Shown: positions 49,501 to 61,654 of the stretch, piece by piece | How positions within the stretch are numbered: the stretch's first letter is position 1 | Layout of the letters: each line of letters begins with the position of its first letter | NCBI GenBank assembly: GCA_050084515.1 | Contig: CM114271.1 | Coordinates: 21,452,001-21,516,000 of the forward strand | Reading direction: 5' to 3' | DNA length: 64,000 bases | DNA from: Blasia pusilla | Taxonomy: Eukaryota | The notes under the pieces: model-generated | What the model was told of the DNA's origin: nothing | Databases searched by the model: none | What the model saw: only the letters and a program-made list of their open reading frames with translations | Made by a program: the position numbers and the translations under genes

Positions 49501-52500
49501 GGACGATCCCAATCGTCTATCCGCCAGGGCCTACGTGGTTTCAAAAAGTAGTGCCACCCTTGGGACTAAAAATTGGTACTATGACTGCATGGAGTGGCTC
49601 ATGAAATGGGGAATATCCATCGGTGACCTGCCTACGGCCACCCACCAGGACCTTGCTGAACAATTACACAACAATTACATTGCCATCAATTGGGGCCGAC
49701 ACCAGCGTCTCTGGGAAAGTGAGAAAATGACTGACCAGCAGAAGTATCTCCTTGTACAAAGTCAGAGCTAGCATCAGCTAGACCATCCATGATTTCAGCT
49801 TGTACACAATCAGCAAATCAGTTTCTATCTCTATTGCCAAATCAGAGCCCTACCATGATGTGACTCTTCTTATTATCTAAGAGATACTAAGAAGGATTCT
49901 ACACAGTCACACCTTGCACTCACACTACAGATCCTCACATGTCACCAGCTCAGAGATCAGACATGGCTCACCTCATTGAGCACAAACAATCTCCATCAGC
50001 ATACTAGACAAAACAATCTGCCTTCCAGTGAGGCTTTAGCAAGCACAGCAATTAGTCTCAATCTCCTCTTCCTACTCTCTGATCACTCTGCAGCAGGACA
50101 AAGAGCCTCAGGAGTTCTCACCAAAACTGTGCATGCTGTAGAATTGGCTTCTGCTCTCTAAACAGAGACATTATATACATGAGGGTGAGCACTTCTGGCC
50201 CTTAGATCTTCTTGAACAGATCCATACCCTAAATAACAGATGGTGGCTAGCCCTAACTCGAGAATTGCCCTAATTCAAGGTTACCCTAAAAAGATAGAGG
50301 AACACTAAGTTATCTCTAGCTAATTAAATTAGTATCCAACTAAGTTAGTATTTGACTAACTACTTTTAGGGCATGACTAAACTAGATATTAACAAATTTC
50401 AACAGAAAGCAGGGGGAATTCCTCTCACAAAAATGGTGAAAGAATGAGGCGCTACCACACCCTCATGAACAACTGCAGATCCATGCAGCAAGCCTCCTAC
50501 ATCTCTGCCCCCATTCCCACTAAGTTACGTCATACATTAGCGAGATTCAGACGTGGCTCTACTGACCTGGAGATTGAGAAAGGAAAATTCTCACAGAAGA
50601 AAAGGCAGGACAGATTATGTAGATTTTGCAACTCGGGGCTTGTTGATGATGAACATCACTACCTCTTCGACTGCACCTTTCACGATCACATTAGGCTTGA
50701 CTTCCCGGATCTCTTTGTTCACCGAGCTCCCAGGGTCCTCCCGTTCATGACTAGGCAGAATCAGACTCAGATAGCTAAATTCTTGCATAGTTGTGTGAAG
50801 ACCAGGGACACTCACCTGGCTCTGAGGACCCCTTAGGCCCTCGCTGGTGCTTGCTCTCTCTCCAAATTTGTTGTTAAGTCCCAGTACTAAGTCCCAGGGC
50901 CCTGTGGGGTCCCCGTGGACAATAAATCTATTCATTCATTTATTCTCTCTCTCTCTCTCAACCTCTAGTACGACAGGCACTACTTAATGAGTACAGTCTC
51001 TCAACCTCTAGTCATTACTTGGTCTCCTGCGCAAAATTCACAACACACAGAGCAAGAGCATATGCTGATATTGCTAAGCTGGTAGCACCAGAATTGTTCA
51101 ACACATTCAGTAGGCTTGATTCATTGCCCAAAGCTGCTGCACTGGTAAGTAATGTCTATTGGGGATCCCAATCAGGTAAAGTAGATGGTGTGGTGAAGAG
51201 TTTCTTGGTTGACACTTGGAAGCTCCGCACAAACACGTTGTTTGGTCAGCACTCACACTATATGAGAGTGTCTCCCTCCTCTCATATGGTACCTTCTTCA
51301 CTTGCTTCTCTCTCTACACCCATCCCAGTCTCAAGCACCGTCCAACCAGGGCGCGGGGTCTATGGTCGCAAGGCTACGACAGGCACTACTTAATGAGGAG
51401 ACACTCTCATATGGTACCTTCTTCACTTGCTTCTCTCTCTACACCCATCCCAGTCTCAGGCACCGTCCAACCAGGGCGCGGGGTCTATGGTCGCAAGGCT
51501 ACGACAGGCACTACTTAATGAGTACAGTCTCTCAACCAGGGCGCGGGGTCTATGGTCGCAAGGCTACGACAGGCACTACTTAATGAGTACAGTCTCTCCT
51601 CACAGAGCAAGAGCATATGCTGATATTGCTAAGCTGGTAGCACCAGAATTGTTCAACACATTCAGTAGGCTTGATTCATTGCCCAAAGCTGCTGCACTGG
51701 TAAGTAATGTCTATTGGGGATCCCAATCAGGTAAAGTAGATGGTGTGGTGAAGAGTTTCTTGGTTGACACTTGGAAGCTCCGCACAAACACGTTGTTTGG
51801 TCAGCACTCACACTATATGAGAGTGTCTCCCTCCTCTCATATGGTACCTTCTTCACTTGCTTCTCTCTCTACACCCATCCCAGTCTCAAGCACCGTCCAA
51901 CCAGGGCGCGGGGTCTATGGTCGCAAGGCTACGACAGGCACTACTTAATGAGTACAGTCTCTCTAATTGTGCACGCCGTTGAGTTGACTGTATCTCCCCA
52001 CAGCCCAGTAGGACAAACGCAATGGCAGGAGCCTAAACGCAATAGAAATTTTTAGCGAAGTTGGGACTATAATCCTGAGTTACGACATTAGACATCTTCA
52101 ATGTGGTCTTTGTGGGTTTAAATGTGCCAGGGATCATTTTCATACCTTAATTTACATTCCCACAAATTATAATTTGTTTGGTGGGTAATCTCATTTTGGA
52201 CTGAACCCGCCTTTGCTTTTTCCATTGCTACGGCTTAGGGTGGCTGTGAGAGTTTTGTGATGAAGGAGAATGACTGCAGCAGAGAATTAATCCAAATTGT
52301 TGCTGTACTATCACCTAATTTGAGATACTATACAAGAGTCACAAGTACAATGTATGGAAGGGATCTTGTGCAGGCATATTTTGGAATTCACGGAGCACTT
52401 GGAACACGATTATTTAATGTTGTTACCCGTATGAGAAAGGAGAAATGTCTCTACTTTGAGGACCTAGTCATTGCTAAGGTAAACTTAGATCAAGTGAATT

Positions 52501-55500
52501 GGCTTTATTTATTTGCAAATTTCTATGTTGTTTGTCAAGTGTTCCACGATTATCACAGTAGCTTGTTCTCTTAAGGATTTGAGGTGCCTTCTGGTTTTCT
52601 ATTGGCTTTTGTTTGCATGATGGGTCTGTTACTGCACGCTCATAGTCAAGCTGGGCGCGAGTAGATGCTGGTGTCAATTTTGGTAGTTGGGAATTATCAA
52701 GCACAAACCGACACTTCTAAGTCATGAGTTTGTCTGAATTGAGAACATTTCTGGATCTCTATAAAAAGGGTTTGGATTATCTTGGATTCCTGTGTTGTGT
52801 TTTTTGCTTAAACTATATAGGTGTCTTTTGTGTTGCTACACCATAACTGGAGTCGTTTGGAAACTACCGTGGCCCCATAGAGGCTACATCTTTAAGTGCT
52901 AGTTGATACAACGTACTGGCCAGCCTTTCAAGAGATTTTTTTGGTCTCACGCTTTTGTCTTTTTGTGATGTCTGGTCAATTTCATTTAATTTATTCTGTG
53001 ACATTGATTGTGTAGTCAACTTATGAGAAAGGTGGACCTGGTGAAATTGAGGATTTTCAGTTTCAACTCTTAGATTTGGTTGGAGATGGCAAAGTACAGA
53101 GGTCAGTACTTCCTTGCTCACAAAGCAGGAGAGGAGATTTGAAATTGGTTGTGTTTGGGATTATGCTATATGAATGGAAATGCACTTGTGTATGTTTCTT
53201 TCTTTCTTTCACAGCGACATTCGCTCCCAATGTCCTTGTGTTTCAGATTAGTAGCATCCTGAGCAACGGGATGGATGTAACAAAATGCCACAAATGCATA
53301 TTGTCTCTTTGATATCAGTGACAATGTAGAAGCCGGTGGGACCACGAGAGCAAAGGACGAGAAATATTGTGGGAAAAGGGGGGCAAAACTTGCCTTAATT
53401 TAAAGTCTCTGTATCCAACAGATGTGGCTAGTGTTAGCACACTTGATTGTACTAGATTGTATCTGTGGTAATTGTAAGATTGGTTTGGTTCCTATGAATC
53501 CAGAACAGAGGTGGAGGGTGTCATGCTTGCAATATTGGAGACTGTGCTCGGCCCAAGTGATGCAGTTGTGGGTGCAGGCCTTCCAGAGGACGTCTTACGA
53601 GCCTTTTTAAATGCAGCAGAATTTTCTTTGCAACCAGAAAATGATGGCGAGGAGCCTTGTATGTCCTTGCAAGACTTTCGGAAGTGGTGCAGCCTCATAC
53701 CATCCATCAAAAAGTTCCTCGGCTCTCTCTTGAAGGTTCCAACTGTAGGTGAAGGTGATAATATTTCGTTCATTATCCTTCTGTACATCTTTCTTCCAAC
53801 TTCCTGTTCAAATTTTGTAGTATCATCTCATTTTGCAGATGTCAAAGACTGAGAATAGCATCGATGATGAGATAAATTGGGAGACGAGTCAATGTGAGAA
53901 TTGCGGAATGAATTGAAATTGCGTTTGTACTCTCTGTGTTCTCTGTATTGATAGATTGAAAAGTCAATACATAAGTAGCAAAGTCTGCTCTAAACTAAGA
54001 GCCGTAATCAAAAGACGTGACGGTAACTGTGTCACTTCAGAAATGTCTCATAGCTATGTATCGTTTCGCAAGATGAAATGTTACTAGCAGTAATCAATGG
54101 TCATAAACAGAACATTGATCCTAATCTAATCTAGATCGTTCGTATGGATTGATCCGTGTGATCAATTCTTGGATCAGTACTCTGATGATTTGTTTCGCTG
54201 GACTAATTGATTTCCTACACTCCCACTCAGGGGAACAAATCAGCCATTTTCATTACTTGTTAACCCTAGAGATTTAGTATGTTTCTGATGAGGTCCTTTC
54301 TGTAAACCCTTAGTAAAAATGTCTGCAGTCATCTCTGCAGTTGAAATATAGGTCAAAATAATTTCGCCACTTGATACTTGATCTTTGATATAGTGGTATT
54401 GAATGTCGATGTGTTTGGTGCGGTCATGATGTTTTGTAGAACTGACCAAAGCAATAGCACTTTGGTTGTCACAGAAGATCTCAGTTATCTTCTGAGCAAA
54501 ACCAATTTCGTTAAGTAATCTTCTGATCCAAATAGCTTCAGTGCTAGTTTTAGTCATTGCAATGTACTCAGACTCGGTCCTTGAAAGAGCAACTGACTTC
54601 TGTTTTCTACTTGCCCAACTAATTGCTCCTCCTGCAAGGAGAAAGCAAAATCCGCTAGTAGATTTTTGGGAGTCGATATTGTCTCCATAGGCAGCATCAG
54701 AATATCCTTGAAGATGAAAAGGAGTAGATGAGCGCTGATATTGGAGAAAGTAATGTTTTGTCCCTTGCAGATACCTGAAAATACGTTTGACAGCAGTCCA
54801 GTGTATAGGACCAGGATTGGTCATGAACTGTGCAACAGTGCTAACAGAATAGGCAATATCGGGGCGAGTGCACACCATTGCCCACATTAAACTGCCTGTA
54901 GCACTTTTATAAGGAATAGAAGACATTGCTGCAATGTCAGCAGGATGAACAGGAGATTGATCTTGACTAAGATGAAGGCCAAAATCAAAGGGAGTGGAGA
55001 TAGGTTTGCAGCCCAGCATGTTGAACTGTTTGAGTTTGTTGGTGATGTAAGTCGTCTGGTTGAGCCTGATCCATCCTTGTTGTCGGTCTCGTTGGATATG
55101 AATTCCCAGAACATGGTAAGCTTCACTGAGATCAGTCATTTCAAACTCTTGGCGGAGCTTCGTTTTGACAAAATGAAGCAGCGCAGAACTGGAGCTTGCG
55201 ATGACAGTGTCATCCACGTAGAGAGCAAGGATCAGAAAATTGGAGTCCTTGTTCAGAATGTAAATATTAGAGTCAGCAGTGGTGCTGACGAAACCAATGT
55301 CTAGTAAAACATAGTGACAGCGTTCATACCACATACGGGCTGATTGCTTCAAACCATAAATGGACCTTTCGAGAAGGCAGACCAAGTTATTATGGGGAAC
55401 TGGCAAGCCTGGAGGAAGGGCCATGTAGATCTTGTGTTGCAGGAATCCATATAGAAAAGCAGCGATTACATCTAATTGATGTAAGTCCAGGTTGAAATAA

Positions 55501-58500
55501 GCAGCGATAGCAATTAGAGATTGAAGTTTAACAGTAGGAGAAAAGGTCTTGTGGTAATCAAGATCAGGAACTTGAGTAAATCCCTTAGCAACCAGACCGG
55601 CTTTGTACTTGTGGATCGTGCCATCCACACGAGGTTTAATTTTAAAAACCCGACGGCAGCCAACTGTGCTTTGATTAGGAGGAAGGGGAACCAAAGTCCA
55701 AGCCTTCATTCTAGCCATATTCTGAAGTTCAGCAGAAATGGCAGCCTTCCAATGTGAAGAGTCAGGTCCAGAGATAGCCTCTTCATAAGATTGGAGTTCA
55801 AGAAAAGAACTAGTAGAAGAGAGCAAGGCCCAACGCTTCTCTGCAGCTCGCTTCTTGTTCTTCTCAGCTTCAATAAGTGCATCGTAACGCTCAACAGCCC
55901 GAGTAATGCGAGGACTTTTTCTTTGAGCAACAGGAGTAGGAGCTCGTTGTCTTCTTTCATAGTAAAGATGGGTACGCCCATGACCAGGTACAGGGTGTGC
56001 AGTGGAAGAGACCGTTGGTGAAGGCATATCCTCTGGCTGTGGCGGACTTGAAAGAGGTTGAACTCCCACTGAAGATGACATGGAAGGAGAGGGAGTTCCC
56101 ACTGAGGGAATAATCGGGGAAGTAGCAGGAATAGGCAAGGAAGTTTGAGGATGAGGGGATGAGCGGAAAAATAGAGGATCAGATCTGATAGCCAGATCTT
56201 CTGCATCAGAAGAGGCGAAAGATGGAGTGGTCTGAGCAGTCTGATCTTCAAGAACTACAGCATCACGGGAGAGAATGATAGTTTTGTCTCTCAGCCTCTC
56301 GAGACGCAAAGCTTTACTTTGGTCACTGTAACCAAGGAAAATGCATTCCTCAGTGCGAAAATCCAACTTTGAATGAGGATCATTGATTTTAGCAAATGCA
56401 GGGCTTCCAAAAATACGAAGATGAGATAACACAGGTTTACGATTAAACCATAACTCATAGGGTGTTGTAGAAAGTGGCAATGCTTTGCTCGGAAGACGAT
56501 TTTGCAAATAATTAGCAGTGACCAAATCTTCACCCCAATAAGTCTTGGGGAGAGCAGAATGGAAAAGCATAGAACGGACAGAATTAGCAAGAGTTCTGTT
56601 CTTACGTTTTGAAACACCATTTTGCTGTGGTGTGTGGGGAACAGTGAACTGCCTGGAGATTCCTTGAGAATGGCAGAAGTCTAAGAAAGCAGATGACTTA
56701 AATTCCCCACCATTGTCAGATCGCAATGTCTGAATGCGTCGAGGTTGATGTTGTGCCTCTACATTAGCCACAAATTGAGTGAAACGGGAAAAACCTTCAG
56801 ATTTGTAATGGAGGAGGTAAACAGTAGTATACCGGGAGAAATCGTCAATAAAGACCATGAAATAATGAAAACCCAAATGAGTAGGGGGAGAAATAGGCCC
56901 GCAAATATCTGTATGAATCAATTCTAAAACATTGAGAGCTCTATAGACTGGAGAAGTGTTAGAAAAAGGTTTGCAAGTCTGCTTGCCATGTAGGCAGGCT
57001 CGACATGAAGAAATCTGAAAGGGATTATGCCGTGGAAGTCCGCCAGCCATTTGCTGATTTTGAAGTTGAGAAACACGAGCGGCGCTGATGTGACCCAAAC
57101 GGTGATGCCACAGATCAGCGATCATGGGAAGAATCGCAGTGGCAGCTGTATTGGGAGAAAATCGGGAGGGTGGAAGGCTTCTCCGAGTTTGTACAAATCA
57201 TTGATTAAATAACATGTTGTGATGATCTGGTCTGTAGAATCACGGAGTATGCACTTTCCGTTGTGAATCAAGGCAGATCCTCCTGAAGTGTCTAGTTGCT
57301 TGACTGAGAAAAGATTTTTCTTCAAGCTTGGTATAAAGAGAACATTCCGAAGAATGTATCGAATACCATTAGTCAGAAGGATCTCAACGTGTCCAGATCC
57401 TTTTATCTCCAGACTAGAGTTATCACCTAGGAAAACATACGAAGATTTTTCATACGGAGTGTAATTGGAAAAGTAATCACTGGAGAAGGCCATATGATTA
57501 GTAGCACCGGTATCAAGATACCATGTGTTATCTTGAATATCTGAAGCCGAAGTTGAATAGGCAACGGTAAAGAAGAGATGAGACGTAAAATTTGCTTTTG
57601 GAGCAGACAATCTGGACTGCATTTGCTGATCTGCAAGACGTTTTCGGCAATCTTTAATATGATGCCCCTGCAAATTGCAGTAGAAACACTTCATTTTCTT
57701 ATAAGTGTTCTGCTGATTGGAGGATGAAGCCTGCCAATCAGCTTGATGATTGGGCGATTCGCCATGTGGAATCGTCATAGAAGCAGGAACAAATCCTGAT
57801 TTGAAAGGACCAAAGCCTTTCTGAGGAGCTTTGCCTCGACCGTAACCTCTGAAGGAGCCCCCTTGCCTCGAATTGCCGAATTTGGACTTCGATTGAAAAG
57901 GGGCAGAACCTCGTCCAACAAAAAAAGCTCCGGACGGTTCAGCAGTCTGCGTCTTCATCATTTTCTCCTCCCTAGGAAGGAAAGTGATCACAGATTGCAA
58001 AGTAAAGTTACTCTGACCTCGCAATGAGGTCAATAAGTTTGGGTAACTATTGGGCATTGATCGCATCAATACAAGATACTGATTTTCATCAGTAGTCACC
58101 GATCCAGCAGCGTGGAGTTGATCAATCGATGTCCTAAATTGATGGACATGTTTGGTAACACTATCACCTTCTTTCATCTTAAGAGTCTGCAATTCATCTT
58201 GCAGATACATTTTTGTGACAGCGTCCTGGGCTTGGTATAAAGAATCAAATTTCGTCCAGGCTTCCGCTGCAGTCGTAGTGGAACTGATATGATGAACTTG
58301 CGAATTATCTAAACGATTTGCTATGAAGGATAAGGCAATTCGGTTGAGAATCTCCCATTCGTGAACACTCCCAGCGCCGGTGGCAGGAGGGGTAGCCGCT
58401 GCTGGCTTTGGAGTTGTTCCTTCTACGATGCCTACTAAATCTTCGGCATCAAGGTACAATCTCATGCGTAATTGCCAGATATAGAAATAGGTCCCGTCAA

Positions 58501-61500
58501 ATTTCGGGATGTGGTCAATCTTGAGGAACATGTTAGAATTCACCATCGTGACTTGATGAAAATGATAGAAAACGGGTCAAGGACTTCGAATTCGTAAGAA
58601 TCAGAAGTCTGCAACCACCAAGCAATCAGAAACGAGAAAGGCGTTTGAGCAGAAGGCCTCCCCTCTACTCTAGGAATGTTGAAGCGTCCCTCAAATTCCA
58701 ATCCTTTCTTGAAAATCGTAAAAGTAGTGACTAGCAACCTCGCTCTGATACCATGTGAGAATTGCGGAATGAATTGAAATTGCGTTTGTACTCTCTGTGT
58801 TCTCTGTATTGATAGATTGAAAAGCCGATACATAAGTAGTAAAGTCTGCTCTAAACTAAGAGCGGTAATCAAAAGACGTGAGGGTAACTGTGTCACTTCA
58901 GAATGTCTCATAGCTATGTGTCGTTTCGCAAGATGAAACGTTTCTAGCAGTAATCAATGGTCATAAACAGAACATTGATCCTAATCTAATCTAGATCGTT
59001 CGTATGGATTGATCCGTGTGATCAATTCTTGGATCAGTACTCTGATGATTTGTTTCGCTGGACTAATTGATTTCCTACAGTCAACTCGTCTTGTTACAGC
59101 GCTGATAACTTCTCCTGCAGGTATTGTTGGTAGACAGGTTCCAACACTGATTGTTCCCGAAGGCATGGAACGTAGTACACTTCTGAGAAGAGAGTATGCA
59201 TGGCATATTGCTGGACCTCTTCAACAGCAAGACGCACAGGAGTGGGCACTTCTGTTTCACAGCTCTGAGAACGGACTCAGCTTCAACACTTTCTTGGGGA
59301 ATGTGACGTGAGTACTCCCTTTCTTCTTTTTTTGTCATGTCAAATTTGTGAAGGAACCCCAACCTTCTCTGCAGAAGAAGATGATAGAATTTAATGGATG
59401 TTGACGATTGGGAAGTGATGAGAATATTTAGGCGGTACAAGGCTGTTCGGTGTGTACTCGTGCGTTTTACGAGATAGTGTATTATTTCAGCATGCACTTT
59501 TTGTTCCGTTCGCATATGAACTCTAATTCTACTATTATTTGATGACCATCTCCTTTTCAAAGTTTATCACAAGTGTGTTTGATCAAAGCAATGTTTCTTA
59601 TATGTCCTCCCTTTCCTACTCGATTATTGTAATCGCCTTGTGTTATGCGATTGCTAACCTAGGATTTAAGTTTTATCTTTATTCCTCACAGGCTTGAGTC
59701 GAATTATTTGACAGATTTGCTGGAGGTTCATCTATCCTAGTGATAAAAGACAAAGAAGGATGTATATATGGTGGTTACGCCAGTCAACCTTGGGAGAAAC
59801 ACAGTGATTTTTACGGTGATATGAAAAGCTTTCTCTTTACACTGCATCCATGCATGTCACTTTACCGGGCCACGGGATCAAACAACAAGATTCAATGGGT
59901 GAGGATACATTAAATGCTTGCCATGTTCTTGATGTTGTTCGCGTAGTACTAAAGTGAGGGTTTTGAAGTAATCTTTTCCTATTATGTTCGTAGTAAGTAT
60001 GTGCATATGTTCTATCATGGAATCATATGATTAATTCAAAAGCCGAATCCTAAGGCAACCAATTATTTGTGATGCATATTTTCAAAGTAGCCATCACCGC
60101 ATGACTCTTTCAAGTAGAGAATCTATCTATCTTATAATCGGCGACCATAAGACAAAGTAGTAGAAAGTTTGCTATTTTGCCCCTTAATTCGTATTTGATG
60201 CAAAGGGAAAATGAATTTGAATGGAAGAGAATTTTGATTTTTAATTAAGATTGATTATTTATTTTATTAATTCATATTATAATGGGTGATCTTATACGCA
60301 TAATAAGACAAAATGATGAGTTAATAAGACAAAATAGCAACAAGTTTGCAATTTTGTCCCTTGATTCACATTCAATGCGAAGGGAAGATGAATTTGAAGG
60401 GAAGAGGAAAATGCTTTTATTAATTTAAATTAATTTTCAATTAATGATTTAATTAATATGTTATTTTGATCGAATGAATAGGGGGAATAGAAGAGTAGTT
60501 ATTATTTAAATTTTATGGAAGGGGGAATTATTTATGGAAGTGGGGTATTATTTAAATTTTAATTAAGGAGTGGAATCATTTAGAAAAGTGAAATGTTACG
60601 ACTCCTTTAATAACAAAGAAAAAATTGTATTTAAATTCTGAAATGAAAATTTTGAAAATTTTTGAAAATTTAACTTTTAAAACTAATCATGTTAAATTTC
60701 ATTTGATATTTCTGGAATGGAAAATGAAATTGAATGGAGGAGAGAAATGATTTCATCAAAATTAATGATTTTGTTAGTAAATGTTATTTAGGTCGGAAGA
60801 GTAAGTATTGTGTGAACTTTTATGCAGGGAGAAAAATTATTTAAGTGAGTTGGGTATAAATTAAATTTGAACTGAGGAGTGGAATTATTTTGAAGAGTAA
60901 TATTTATTTTAAAATTTAAGAATCTAAAAATTATATTTAAATTTTGAAATGAAAAATATCCCTTTATTATTTTAATAATCACTTTCCTGCGCAAGTATGG
61001 GCATGCTAACTAGTAGTTTGTAGTGTAGATAGATGGTGTATGGGTCATTCATTCTGTCCCTCTCCACCAGGCCACATATGACGGAGTGTACTTTTTGCGT
61101 GTTGTAGGCATTTCATCACAAGAGTTTTCCTACATTAAGAATGATGTGGACAGTTTGAGGTCAAAGACTGCCTTGATGAGATGCTGTGGCACATGCTTGG
61201 AAGTCACCTTCAAAATTGTTGCTAAGCGAGATTGCTACACTGTGACTCTACCTGTGGGTACAGAGTAGTGACGAAAGTGTCAGCAAGTTTGTGACTCCCT
61301 CTATGGCTAATGTCCTGAGTTTCTTTGATGGTGCAGTGTGCTGCAGGTTATGTCTCAGAGAGTATACCAAATGGTATAGGTTTTGGGGGCCAAATCCATC
61401 ATTTTGGATTATTTATAGCTGCAAGTTTTGATAAGGGTCACACGCGGCCTTCAGTGACTTTCAACAATCCGGCTCTCTCCACAAACCCACTTATTGAACC

Positions 61501-61654
61501 TGAAGTAATTGAGTGTTGGGCAGTAGTGTCTAAAGTGGACAGTGATGGCCAAGGTGGGGCAGAAAAGCTCAAGGGTACCATTCTGGAGAGATTCAAGGAA
61601 GACAGACAAATGCTGAATATGGTTGGCGTAGCAAATGCCAGTGACTCGGTTTGA
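46581..61654 (+). CDS. TLDc-domain protein with N-terminal EF-hand-like region and MG N-myristoylation-type start (At5g06260/MEAK7-like), 8 coding exons: 46581-46636, 46932-47034, 52374-52478, 53016-53101, 53504-53748, 59121-59307, 59715-59898, 61337-61654
   Basis: All joins are in phase: MGNTQG...AASRSFS...AFQAYFGIHGALG...FEDLVIAKSTYEKG...FLGSLL...EYAWHI...LLFHSSENGLSFNTFLG...YGGYASQPWE...FYGDMKSFLF...PNGIGFGG...ILERFKEDRQMLNMVG. Confidence 0.93.
47070..50945 (+). mobile_element. 5'-truncated non-LTR retrotransposon (LINE, RTE-X/L2-like): APE endonuclease-RT-C-terminal Cys/His motif, in intron 2
   Basis: LLVGDFN, NGEKLL, VVDY, SDHEPL; QAGFR, FVDFKKAFDTV, GVKQGCPLSP, LYADD; RLCRFC...DEHHYLFDC; AATAAA then a (TTCA)n tail; frameshifts. 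Confidence 0.92.
49720..50404 (-). mobile_element. Solo LTR (685 bp) nested in the LINE
   Basis: TG...CA ends with 5-bp TSD GAAAG (49715-49719, 50405-50409). Removal fuses ORF 49097 in frame to ORF 50444 (LWESRGNSSHKNGERMRRY). Strand is inferred from a minus-strand TATA. Confidence 0.9.
50969..51964 (+). mobile_element. Head-to-tail stack of five variably 5'-truncated 3' ends of a second LINE-like family
   Basis: Each unit ends TACGACAGGCACTACTTAATGAG(TACAGTCTCTC). Units ~50969-51002, 51013-51397, 51404-51533, 51533-51598 and 51601-51964. The longest encodes HYLVSCAKF...GRGVYGRKATTGTT*. Confidence 0.8.
54240..57125 (-). CDS. Copia pol: GAG-pre-integrase, integrase, RT, RNase H
   Basis: LWHHRLGH, IHTDICGP, LRSDNGGEF, PQQNG, IYGLKQSARMW, LYVDD, YSDA, WASRKQ, CDNQSAI, ADIFTK. 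Confidence 0.95.
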   Translation of the reverse strand: MIADLWHHRLGHISAARVSQLQNQQMAGGLPRHNPFQISSCRACLHGKQTCKPFSNTSPVYRALNVLELIHTDICGPISPPTHLGFHYFMVFIDDFSRYTTVYLLHYKSEGFSRFTQFVANVEAQHQPRRIQTLRSDNGGEFKSSAFLDFCHSQGISRQFTVPHTPQQNGVSKRKNRTLANSVRSMLFHSALPKTYWGEDLVTANYLQNRLPSKALPLSTTPYELWFNRKPVLSHLRIFGSPAFAKINDPHSKLDFRTEECIFLGYSDQSKALRLERLRDKTIILSRDAVVLEDQTAQTTPSFASSDAEDLAIRSDPLFFRSSPHPQTSLPIPATSPIIPSVGTPSPSMSSSVGVQPLSSPPQPEDMPSPTVSSTAHPVPGHGRTHLYYERRQRAPTPVAQRKSPRITRAVERYDALIEAEKNKKRAAEKRWALLSSTSSFLELQSYEEAISGPDSSHWKAAISAELQNMARMKAWTLVPLPPNQSTVGCRRVFKIKPRVDGTIHKYKAGLVAKGFTQVPDLDYHKTFSPTVKLQSLIAIAAYFNLDLHQLDVIAAFLYGFLQHKIYMALPPGLPVPHNNLVCLLERSIYGLKQSARMWYERCHYVLLDIGFVSTTADSNIYILNKDSNFLILALYVDDTVIASSSSALLHFVKTKLRQEFEMTDLSEAYHVLGIHIQRDRQQGWIRLNQTTYITNKLKQFNMLGCKPISTPFDFGLHLSQDQSPVHPADIAAMSSIPYKSATGSLMWAMVCTRPDIAYSVSTVAQFMTNPGPIHWTAVKRIFRYLQGTKHYFLQYQRSSTPFHLQGYSDAAYGDNIDSQKSTSGFCFLLAGGAISWASRKQKSVALSRTESEYIAMTKTSTEAIWIRRLLNEIGFAQKITEIFCDNQSAIALVSSTKHHDRTKHIDIQYHYIKDQVSSGEIILTYISTAEMTADIFTKGLQKGPHQKHTKSLGLTSNENG
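57122..58546 (-). CDS. Copia gag-protease (separated from pol by a frameshift near 57125-57170)
   Basis: KFDGTYFYIW, CCHC knuckle CFYCNLQGHHIKDC, protease WYLDTGATNHM. Confidence 0.93.
   Translation of the reverse strand: MVNSNMFLKIDHIPKFDGTYFYIWQLRMRLYLDAEDLVGIVEGTTPKPAAATPPATGAGSVHEWEILNRIALSFIANRLDNSQVHHISSTTTAAEAWTKFDSLYQAQDAVTKMYLQDELQTLKMKEGDSVTKHVHQFRTSIDQLHAAGSVTTDENQYLVLMRSMPNSYPNLLTSLRGQSNFTLQSVITFLPREEKMMKTQTAEPSGAFFVGRGSAPFQSKSKFGNSRQGGSFRGYGRGKAPQKGFGPFKSGFVPASMTIPHGESPNHQADWQASSSNQQNTYKKMKCFYCNLQGHHIKDCRKRLADQQMQSRLSAPKANFTSHLFFTVAYSTSASDIQDNTWYLDTGATNHMAFSSDYFSNYTPYEKSSYVFLGDNSSLEIKGSGHVEILLTNGIRYILRNVLFIPSLKKNLFSVKQLDTSGGSALIHNGKCILRDSTDQIITTCYLINDLYKLGEAFHPPDFLPIQLPLRFFP
58742..58753 (-). 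promoter_or_regulatory. Copia primer-binding site (tRNA-iMet)
   Basis: TGGTATCAGAGC directly after the 5' LTR on the minus strand. Confidence 0.95.
60122..61013 (+). mobile_element. Non-autonomous Helitron in intron 7
   Basis: A|TCTATCTATCTTATA 5' end, AT-rich body, degenerate hairpin CCTGCGCAAGTATGGG and CTAG|T 3' end. Confidence 0.7.

Larger units (their letters stand above)
53893..59079 (-). mobile_element. Ty1/Copia LTR retrotransposon, nearly intact, in intron 5 of the TLDc gene
   Basis: LTRs 58754-59079 and 53893-54219 (TG...CA, ~8 substitutions + 1 indel), TSD GTCAA, tRNA-iMet PBS, purine-rich tract next to the 3' LTR. Confidence 0.98.
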
